64,000 bases of DNA, taken from assembly GCF_964188315.1 (NCBI RefSeq), contig NC_135667.1, forward strand, positions 22,072,001 to 22,136,000, in the 5' to 3' direction. This DNA comes from Podarcis muralis (Eukaryota). Below the pieces are notes generated by a model. That model made no database searches, was not told where the DNA came from, and worked only from the letters and a program-made list of their open reading frames with translations. A program made the position numbers and the translations under genes. Within the stretch, counting starts at the first letter, position 1. Each line of letters opens with the position of its first letter. This document shows, one piece after another, positions 27,856-39,100 of the stretch.

Positions 27856-30105
27856 TCACAATTTTCTCCTTATTAAATGTTCCCTGTTGTTCAGCTCAGG
27901 CCTCAACACAATAAGATAACATTTTGGAAGATAGATGCAACCCAGAAGACCACCACTGGAGGCTAAGATAGCGAAGATCTCCACAGCAACCATGTATTTG
28001 CCCTTAGAGCTCATATAAGCTGGAATAAAGGATAACCAAACACTGCAAAACACCAACATGCTGAAAGTGATGAACTTGGCTTCATTGAAACTGTCAGGTA
28101 ACTTCCTGGCAAAAAAGGCCACAGTGAAGCTGGCAATTGCGAGGAAGCCCATGTAGCCCAGGACACTGTAAAACATAGCCACAGACCCTTCATTACATTC
28201 CAATACAACTTCTTTACTCACTGAGTACATGTCTACTTCTGGGAAGGGGGGAGAGGTTGCCAACCACACAGCACAGATACCAGTTTGAATAATAGAGCAG
28301 AAAAGCACAATGGAGTTGGCTAGCCTCTTCCCTACCCATTTCCTCATCCTAGATCCAGGTTTGGTGGCTAAGAAAGCCAGGACCACTGTGGTAGTTTTGG
28401 CCAACACACAAGAAACAGCCACAGAGAAGATGATGCTAAAAGCAGTTTGTCGGAGGAGACACATAATCTTCTGCGGTTTCCCAATGAATAGCAGTGCACA
28501 AAGGAAGCAGAGCAGGAGAGAGATTAGGAGAGTATAGGTGAGGTTCTGGTTGTTGGCTTTGACGATGGGAGTGTGATGGTGTTTTATAAATATTGCTAGC
28601 ACCAGAGCAGTGGTGAAAGAAAAGGCTAGAGCAAAACAGGTTAAGCCAAGTCCTAAGAGTCCCCCATATGACAAATAGGTTACAGATTTAGGAATACATA
28701 AATCCTGATTTTTGCTTGGATACTTTTCATCAGCACATTTAATGCAGTCATTCATGTCTGAAATAGAAAAGCCAAGATCTTTCTTTTACAAATACGCCAT
28801 AACATTTCAAGACGATGCATAAAAATGTTTCTTTCATGCAGTCAAATTCATATATGTTCAGTGCTGGTACTCTCAAATGTGGTTTAGAGCCTCAGTGATA
28901 TTAAGCAGCATTGTTAGTAGTAAAAACAATGATTTTTTTTAAGCAGTTTGAGATTACAGTGCCAACCTAAATGTGGCAGAAGACCCATGATCCTTAAAGG
29001 GGGAACTTTTGTTCATCCCCTGCAGAATCCAAGAACAGTTTAAAGGAAGACTGAAGTAAAAGCCTGTTGCAGTGCCATTCACAAAACATGAATGATAGCT
29101 GCTAAAGCAAAATATAGCTGCAAATTTCTCTGTTTATGGGCTTTTCTTTTTAAAAACAAAACATAACATAACAAAAAACAGGCAATTTGTAGTTTATAGC
29201 CAAGGAGCAACACTAATTTGAGAATCCCGATTTTGAGGTGTACCTCAATAACATCTTTGAATGGTGCTTTCTTTAGTTAGATATCGGCAGAGCAGCACTA
29301 GTAAAAATGCATTGCAATTTTAATTGAATTAATTTCTTTACAATCACCAGGTCAAAATGATACCACATGGACCAGATTCTCCCTAAGCAGCAGCCTCTTC
29401 TTAGATCCAATTCACCAAACCATTTAACAAAACCTATCACTCAAAGAACAAAAAAGTAACCTTGAAGCATTCACGGTTATAAGCATACTCCTCTGAATGA
29501 CACCCATTCTTTTGATAAACCTAAATAATATATTTCATACCTTCCTGATTGGAAATCTCTCCTTCTGGGCAAGGGATGCAATCATAGCAGCAAGATGCCT
29601 CTGACTCCCTCCCTTTCTTTCTAAAACCAGGATGGCAACTCTCTGTACAGACAGAAAGAGGCTGTGCCTAATGAGAATACATAGTTTGAAATTATTAACC
29701 ATATTTAGTCCCCGTCCCCCTACCCCAGGACTCTCTATAGCAAGAAGGCATTTCATTCATGTATGAATCGGTCTGATCTTACAAGTTGCAATTCAAAGCT
29801 TGTATATTTTGTAGTATTATGCCTATATTTATAACACATTATTTGTTTATTTTGTTGCTGTTTATTTTTCATGCCAAACTGTATAACAAAAGTAATATTG
29901 ATTAAGGTATACATGTAAACATAAGCATAAATTACCCCTCTCTGCCCCTTGAACAGTATTTCAGAATTCAAATTATATTTATTTAAAAGACAATGTATTT
30001 TACAAATAGGATTAACAACCTTTTGTTTAACATAATATTCAATATACTCCAATGCATCATATTATTTTTTCCTTTACAAGTTCATTGTTTTCTATAACAT
30101 TTAAT

Positions 30106-30143
<38 letters not shown>

Positions 30144-33100
30144 CTCTGTTATTTTTATCCACATTCACTTCTCGGATATTTGACAGATTTTGGAAAACTG
30201 ATTGGGTGATACCCAATTTGCTTAAATTTATTGTGCAGTACAGAAGGCTAGTTTCTAACATAATTGTTAAAAGAGAAATCACAATTGTTCACAGAAATTT
30301 GCTTTGCACTTCCACACAGAGAGGCAGTACTATTCAAAAATGGGAGATCTCCAAAGCTGCCAACAGTCAGATCCTACCTGATTAAACCACTTGTGCCATG
30401 TGATGGCATCTTCATTTATGGTCAGCACTCGGTCTGAAGGTCTGTCAGGATCCACAGTCCCAATTTTCACTCTGTGAAAAGTTTGATTTGAGGAAACTAT
30501 CCAATTGATAACATCAAATTCTGCTAATAATTCCAAATTATGGTCAAAAGAAATCCTGTTCCCAGCACTGTTGTTAAATGAGACACTTCTCAAAAATTGA
30601 TGGAGCTAGATTGGAAAAGAAAAGGCAACAATTTAATAATGTCTAGAGATGGATTTTGCAAATTAAGGTCTAATTGTGGCATCAGAATGCTGCCATGGAA
30701 TGGGGTGGGGGAATCGCTATGTGAATCCACAAAATTACATGAATGTAGGCTGCTCATGCTGTAAGTTTAGATACCACAAAGAAGAAAGACAGCCTGAAGA
30801 CGGTTCAGAAATTTCAGCTAGTGCAGAAATCAGTGGCCAGGTTGCTCAGTGGAGAAAGATGGTTTGAGCATATGGCCTGATTGCACAGGCTGCCAATTAG
30901 TTTCCAGTTCCGATTCAAAGTCTGTTTAATTGTTCAGGATCGCAATACCTCAACAACCACTTCTCTCTATAGGTAAAAAGGTAAAGGTAAAGGACCCCTG
31001 GATGGTTAAGTCCAGTCAAAGGTGACTATGATGTTGTGGCACTAATCTTGCTTTCAGGCCAAGGGAGCCGGTGTTTCTCCATAGACAGCGTTCTGGGTCA
31101 TGTGGCCAGCACGATGTCAGGGAACTGCCATCGCAGCCAGGAGTGGAGGAAAGGCTCCCAAGTGATGCCGGAGAAGGGCCCAGCAGGGAGAGAGGGGACT
31201 CATTGGTCGGGGAAGGAAATCAGCATTACACCAGGGAGAAAGGCGGGCAGAGGCGGGCTTCGGAGAGATGGCTCCAGGACTCTTCGCCAGAGACCAGCGG
31301 GGAGAGCACGGGTCCTCCGCTGCCCACACCCACCCTGCGCAGAAGACTTCCGTGCAGGGAGGCTAGGCGGAGACTATCCGTCAAGTAACTTTTATGTTGG
31401 AAGAAGTTCAGGAAATGCCCACTGACGGATTCTGCCAGTGACTGAGACAGCCGCAGCGTCAGGGCTGTCCAGCCAGGGAAAGGTTTATCCAGGCAACCTG
31501 GCCAAGAGTGGTGGCAACTTATGCACGAGCAACCCCCAATTCCCATTACAGCAATCCGTCAGTCCTTGACGTTGCTTGTGCACAACGACAAGACAGGCAG
31601 CACCATGAGTCAAACCGGTGGAGCAGGCGCCCAGGAGGTAGCAGCGGCAGTGCCAAATCTGGAGGAGAGAAACCGAGATTTGGAACGGCAGGTTGCTCTG
31701 TTGATGGCGCGGCTGGACGAAAGGCAGACTCAGGATGCCCAGGGGAGGCCCACCCCCATCGCAAGGAAGGTACCAGGACTGGTGCACAAGTTTGGGGGGA
31801 ACCCCCGAGACTATAATGCGTTCAGAACGGAGGTACAGTACACTTTGGAACTGCAGTATGATGACTTTGCTGACGATGGCGAGCGGGTGGCTTATGTTGT
31901 AGGGCATCTTCAAGATGCGGCCAGGGAATGGATCAGGCCCTTAATGGCAACGCAGAATGCTGCCTTAAAAGACCTTAGGAATTTTTTTGGCGCCATGGAT
32001 ACTATGTTTTCCAGTCAAGTGGAGCAAAGTGTGACTCGCCGGGAACTGATGGCTTGCAAGCAGGGGAGCCAATCAGTTAGAGAGTACTGGTCACGTTTTG
32101 CGATGATTATCCACAGACTTGGGTGGGATCTGGACTCGGAACCCGTGCAAATGTTGTTTGAGGAAGGATTAGCCCATCAGTGAAGGACGAGCTTTCCCGC
32201 GTGCCCCGCCCGCAACCGATGGATCAGCTGACCAAGGCTGTGCTTGCGATTGGTGTATGCCAAGAGGCGCGGGCTCAAGAGAAGCGGGAAGGGAGAGGAG
32301 AGCGTTGGCATGACAACCGCATTCCTGAAATACCGAGGCAGCCTTCCCAGCCAGTGGAGCCAATGGAAATCGATGGCGCACACGCGAGCGGGGTTTCAAA
32401 CTCCAGTGAAGTTCGCAAGAAGGAGGGAAGGGATGGGAAAACAGCCAAGAAGTGTTTCCTCTGCCAACAGCCAGGACATTTTGCCAGGGTCTGCCCTCAA
32501 AGAAAGGCTTGGCAAGGGATGGTGGGAGCAGCTGGCTGTGAGGAGGAGGGGGAAAAGGAGCAGGGGCAGGGAAATGCCAACGCTTGGCTGCCAATCATGG
32601 GGCACAGCAGCCAGGCCAGCAACCACTAAAAGTGCCCCAGCCAGACCCCCCCCAAAGCAGCTATAGCCATAGAGGTGGTACTAGAACTCCCAAACGGGCA
32701 CCCAGTTAAGGTGAAGGCGCTGCTGGATTCAGGCAGTTCTTGCAATTTTTTCAGCAAAGACTTCGCGCTAGAGCACCAGCTCCACCTACTGCCCCTAGAT
32801 TTTCCCTTGCAGGTGACCACTATTGATGGAAGAGAACTGCTGGGGGGGGGAGTGACGCACCAGACTCCACCCATGAGAATGAGGGTTTCCAGACACACAG
32901 AAACCATTGCCTTTCACGTAGCCACACTGGCAGGACCCCCAATCATATTAGGAATGAGCTGGCTGGCACTACATGATCCAGTAGTGGCATGGCATCAGCG
33001 GACAGTCACCTTTGGGTCAGCACACTGCTTGGAACACTGTCTGGGGGGGGGGGAACCCCGAGAATGGCCGTGGCCAGGGTGGCTGGGATGGCTGTGGAGC

Positions 33101-36100
33101 AGAAAGGGGAGGTACCACCACAATAAGCTGATCTGCAGGAGGTCTTCAGTGAGAAGGAAGCGGATAGACTACCCCCCATAGGCCCTTTGACTGCCAAATC
33201 AACTTGATCCCAGGGGCTCAGCTGCCAATGGGTAAGCTGTACGCCATGTCGGACCGGGAAATGCAGGAGTTAAGGAATTTTATTGATAAAAACCTGAAAA
33301 GAGGTTTCATAAGAGAATCAAAGGCGGTGGGGGGCAGCCCTGTGTTCTTTGTGGACAAGAAAGACACTAATCAGCCCAGGCTCGTTGTGGACTATAGGGC
33401 CGTCAATTTGGAGTCAGAACCCGTGACCTTCCCAATGCCCAGGATTGACGACATTTTAACACGAGTAAGGCAGGGAATTTTTTTTACGAAGCTGGACCTT
33501 CGGGGAGCATACAATTTGATTAGGATGAGGGAGGGGGATGAATGGAAGACCACCATGTTCACCCCTTTGGGGGCCTTTGAGTACTTAGTTATGCCTTTTG
33601 GATTACAGTCGGGCTCCGCCTGTTTTCAAGCTTTCATGCACCACGTGTTGGGGCCCCTGCTGTACAAGAACTGCGTGGCCTTTTAGGACGACGTGTTAAT
33701 CTATTCGCACGATGAGGAGCAACATGTCAGAGACGTCCGGGAAGTGCTAAAGAGACTACAGAAGCACCAGTTGTGGGTCAAGCTGGAGAAGTGCCAATTC
33801 CACGCCCGAGAGGTCGAGTTCCTGGGGTACAGGTTGTTGGACAAGGGCCTAGCTATGGACCCCGGCAAGATGCAGGCGGTTCTGGAATGGAAGACCCCCA
33901 AAACCTGGAAGGACGTGCAGAGGTTCCTAGGATTCAGCAACTTCTACCGGAAGTTCATTAAGAACTTTACCCACTTAACCGCGCCCATCACAGATTGTCT
34001 CAGTAGCAAAAGGAAATTCGTCTGGACAGAAGATGCACAGCAATCCTTTGAAAGGCTGAAGAAGGCGTTCGCTTCAGAAGAGCAGCTCCTGCACGTAGAT
34101 CTGCAGAAGCCAATGAGGCTGGAGACAGACGCGTCAAACTGAGCCGTCTCAGCGGTACTGCTACAGCCGGGACACCAGTCGAGCTGGAGACCGTGCGCCT
34201 TTTTCTCAAGGAAGCTGAGCAAGTCAGAGCAAAACTACACGGTGTATGACCGTGAACTGCTTGCGATTTATGCAGCATTTCGACGCTGGAGGCATTTGCT
34301 AATAGGGGCGCAGCACAAGATCCAGGTGTGTACGGACCATAAGAACCTGGAATACTGGAGGACTGTGTGGGTGCTCAACCAGAGACAGGTGCGATGGGCA
34401 CAGGAGTTCTCCAAGTTTTTCTTCGAGATTCGGTACGTGCCGGGAGAGGAAAACATAAGAGCAGATGCTCTCTCCCGGAAGCCGGAGTATATGGAAGGAG
34501 AAGGACCACCAGAAGTCAGACACGTGATCCCCGAGGGCTGATGGGTGTGTGGGGGAGTGTTGGTTGGGAGACAAGAACTAGCCGAACTTACGAGAGACGA
34601 CGAGTTCGCTCGAACCAAAATCAGGGAACTCAGGGACGCAGGGGAAAACCATGGCGGTTTTGAGGAGAAGGAAGGGGTACTGTATTACAAGGGAGCACTG
34701 TACGTACCGGGGGAGAACTTGAGGGGTAGGGTGCTCAAACAACTCCACGACAACCCGACGGCGGGGCATTTTGGTCAACACAAAACCATGTTGCTAGTCA
34801 CCAGGCAGTTCTGGTGGCCAAGAGTGAGGGAAGATGTACGGGAATATGTACAGGGTGCGACCGCTGCCAGCGGGCAAAGGGGGAGAGGGCTACACCCGCA
34901 GGGTTACTGGAACCCTTACCCACACCGGAAAGACCATGGGAGGTGGTGTCCATAGATTTCATGACCGATTTACCCAAGTCAAGGGGGAAAACGGCAGTCA
35001 TGGTGGTAGTCGATCTACTAACAAAAATGTGCCATTTCATCGCTTGCTTGCATGCGGTGACGGCAGAGGAAACAGCCAGGTTGTTTGTGGATCACATATT
35101 CAGGCTGTCGGGTTTTATCCGACCGCGGGAAACAATTTACTTCCCGGTTCTGGAAGAAGCTCATGAGCCTGCTGCAAGTCGAGGTGAGCTTCTCGACGGC
35201 GAGACACCCGGAGACCAACGGGCAAGCGGAAAGAGCAAGCAGTATACTCCAACAATACCTACGCTGTTACGTCAGCGAGAGGCAGAACGATTGGGTGGAG
35301 AAACTAGCGTTGGCCGAATTTGCATACAATAACGCTGAACATGTGTCCACGGGAATGAGCCCGTTTATGGCAAATTATGGGTGTCACCCCAGGGCATTCC
35401 CGGGGAGAGGGGAGGAAGGGTGGAGCGTACCGGCGGCAGAGCAGTTTGTGGAAGAAATGGAGGCCCTACACCTGCAACTTAAGATGAACTTGGAACGGGC
35501 CAAGGAAACTTACAAGAGGCAGGCAGACAAGCACCGTAGGGAAGGGGAAACCATACGGGTTGGGGATCGGGTGTGGTTGTCAACCCAAGGGTTACCTTTT
35601 AAGGGAGGGTGCAAGAAGTTGTGGCCAAAGCGACTAGGACCTTTTGAGGTAACACAGCAGGTGAACCCCGTGGCATTTAAGCTCAAGTTGCCGGCCAGCA
35701 TGAAATTACACCCGGTGTTCCATAGGTCTCTACTCTCACCATACAGGGAGGGATGGGAATTTCCAGGGCGAGAGGGAGAAGTCCCCATACACCCGCAGGT
35801 GGAGGAGAGGGAACTTCGCAGTCAAGCCACGGAAATACTCTATTCAAGATGGCGAGGGTGCCAGGTGGAGTACCTGGTGGCCTGGGAGGGCGAACCCGAG
35901 TCAGAAAACACGTGGGTTCCCGCGGAGGCCATCAGGGATGAGTATCTGAGGGAGGAGTTTCACAGCAGGTTTCCAAGGAAACCCAAACCACTAGCGAGAT
36001 TCTGGGAGGAGCAATTTGGAATCACAGAAGATGAAGAGGATTTTGTGGGTTTTTCGGCCTCCGAAGAGGAGGGAGGAGAGGTGTCAGAGGGAGAGGAATC

Positions 36101-39100
36101 GGATTGGGAAGGTTACCCCGCGGGAAGAGATAGGAGCAGGTGGGAAGCAGAGTTTGAATCATCAGAGGATGGGGGCAGTTCCTTCAGGGGATTCCCCGCA
36201 TCGTCGGCCAAGGAAAGGGACAAGATTGGGTCAAAGGAGCGGGCTGGAGGTGGAGGGGGTCCTGGGGGGGAGGTGGATGTCAGGGAACTGCCATCGCAGC
36301 CAGGAGTGGAGGAAAGGCTCCCAAGTGATGCCGGAGAAGGGCCCAGCAGGGAGAGAGGGGACTCATTGGTCGGGGAAGGAAATCAGCGTTACACCAGGGA
36401 GAAAGGCGGGCAGAGGCGGGCTTCAGAGAGATGGCTCCAGGACTCTTCGCCAGAGACCAGCGGGGAGAGCACGGGTCCTCCGCTGCCCACACCCACCCTG
36501 CGCAGAAGACTTCCGTGCAGGGAGGCTAGGCGGAGACTATCCGTCAAGGAACTTTTATGTTGGAAGAAGTTCAGGAAATGCCCACTGACGGATTCTGCCA
36601 GTGACTGAGACAGCCGCAGCGTCAGGGCTGTCCAGCCAGGGAAAGGTTTATCCAGGCAACCTGGCCAAGAGCGGCGGCAACTTACGCACGAGCAACCCCC
36701 AATTCCCATTACACACGACTAAGCCGCTTTTTGTGCAACGGAACACTGAAAGCAGAGCAGTGTACGGAAACGCCGTTTACCTTCCCACCGGAGCTGTAAC
36801 TATTTATGTACTTGCACTTTTTAGCGTGCTTTCAAACTGCTAGGTTGGCAGGAGCTAGGACCGAACAACAGGAGCTCACTCCATTGCGGGGATTCGAACC
36901 ACCGACCTTTTGACTGGCAAGCCCAAGAGGCTCAGTGGCTTAGAACACAGAACCACCTGCATCCAATATGAACCCTGAGAACATCATCTGAGGCCCTTCT
37001 TTGTGTTCCTCCTCCACGAGAGGTCCAGAAGATGGCAACATGAGAATAGGCCTTTGCTGCAGTGGTTCCCTGTTTGTGGAATGCGCTTGCCAGGGAGGTT
37101 TGACTGGTGCCTTCATTATATATCTTTAGGTGCCAGGCAAAAACATTCCTCTTCAACCAGACCTTTGGCTGATTGACACCCGATACCTTTTTAAATGTTT
37201 TGTGTGGGAATGTATTTTGTGGGTTTTTTTATATTGTAATTCTATGTTGTGAACTGCCCTGAGATCTACAGGTACAGGAAAGTATACAAATTTAATAAAT
37301 AATAAATTATAACAATTTGATAGCAGCCAACAACAACTATCTGAGAAAGTCATGTTATGCCATAAATTTTTACAGCTTTTTCTCACGGCTACAGAAAGGT
37401 TACTCCTAGCCTAGTTACAGAATGTCATTTGGATTGCCAAGCTCTGCAGCAAAGTTGCTATTCCATTTGCAGCTCCAAAAACCTCCCCAAGTATTTGTGC
37501 TTCATAAATTGCACATGTTTATAAACACCCTATACTTTTACTTTTCTATAGCTTTAATATGATTTGGATAGAAAGAGTGATGATAATGTGAGCACAGGAA
37601 GAATATGAGGAATAGGTTTCTACACTGTTTGGGGGCCTTTTGTAAGATCTAAGATACCATGCAAAGTTATATGATGATGTTCATGCCCCTACCTGCCACA
37701 TCTGGAGATTCTGAAATTTCAAAACCCTTCCATCCACTATTGCACGGTGTTTCACTCTAGACAAGGCCATGGCATGCAAAGCATGGGCCACAGCATAGAC
37801 AGCATTGTAGATGTTGTAACTGTGACCAGTCATGCTCACTTCAAAAAACGTTCCAGGAAGGTTCTGCAGTTTCTCATCACCAGTACAAATGTATCCATCT
37901 CCCCTCTCCAAAACAGAATTTGGGAATACACAGCCAAAAGCCTGCTGCCAGAAGTCTCTGATAAAACTGTCTCCTTTTGTCCTGGAAGGACTGATGCTCT
38001 CAACAAATGGCTTGAACGCTGGTAGGTCAGTGGTGTGAATTGTGAAAGAGAGAGCACCAAAGATTATATCTGTATCCCAATTCTTTTGAAAGGCCAATGA
38101 AGTGAGCTCCATCTGGGCTGTCAGTATCCACACTTTCCCTCTTGATATATTTGTCTCATGTTCCTCTTTTGACAGATATGGAAACCATCGCAGATACATC
38201 ATAGCATTAGATTCTCCATAAAACACTATTACATTGGCTTTGCTGTTCATGGCTTTAGCGTGTATTTTTGACCCGTGTTCCAAATTATCATCAAATTCAG
38301 TTAAAGAAGTTACAAAGGGGAGCTCTTCCATGAAGGCAAAACAAATACCTTTCTGGGAGAACAGTGGAACTGCAATTTGCAGAAATCTCTCTCCATTGTC
38401 TGTGTCTATAACAATGACCCCAATCCATATCCAACCAAAATGCAGTAATAAAGAGAGTATCCCTGAATACTGAAGGGTTTCCTTAGGGGTCATCTGGAAG
38501 AAATAAAGTCCCGGGGCTTTATCATTCATCACTGGAGCAGAACCATACACGAGCTGAACAGAGACAAAGATTTAAGAAGGAGAGATAAGTATAGTAATTT
38601 CTAAGCTGTAGTTTCATGTGTAGTGGTCAATTAAATCTGTGGTCTGGAACCTCAGGCCTAGAGATCAAATGCAGCTTTCTAGGCCTCTTTATCTGTTCCT
38701 CAGAACTCTCCCCAGGCCATACCAGTACAGGGCTGTCTTTACCCAGGGGTGCAAGGGGTACCCGGGCACCAAATTCTGGGGGGCGCCAAATATATATCTA
38801 CTATGTACCTGTCCCTCTCGATCGCTTGGCAGTTAAAAGCAATGAAACAAAAATCACCGCCCCCTGCCTCTGTCGCTCTGTTACTCCATAGTGTCAAATA
38901 TTCTTGACGAGTCAGGAAAGAAAAGCAGTTTTTCACCGCTGCATTGTTGTTACAGGTGAGCGAGTTCCTCCTTTACAAAAGTCAACAACTTTGGCTCCCC
39001 CCCCACCAAAAACTCCATAAAAGTTAGTATGGGGGCTCTGGGTGGATCTTTGCACCTCAGTGGCGCATATGCACCTGTCACTGGTCCTGCTTCTTACAAT

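Noticed and set aside
32627-32677. Gag-Pol joined by in-frame TAA readthrough
   Set aside because: Gag and protease are in the same frame in this copy, but a properly phased slippery site and pseudoknot plus a C8 run make a 1-nt indel the simpler explanation. Not fully excluded.
35085-36608. 507-aa ORF as a domesticated host gene
   Set aside because: It lies within an element with paired LTRs, a TSD and many lesions upstream, and has no independent start context.
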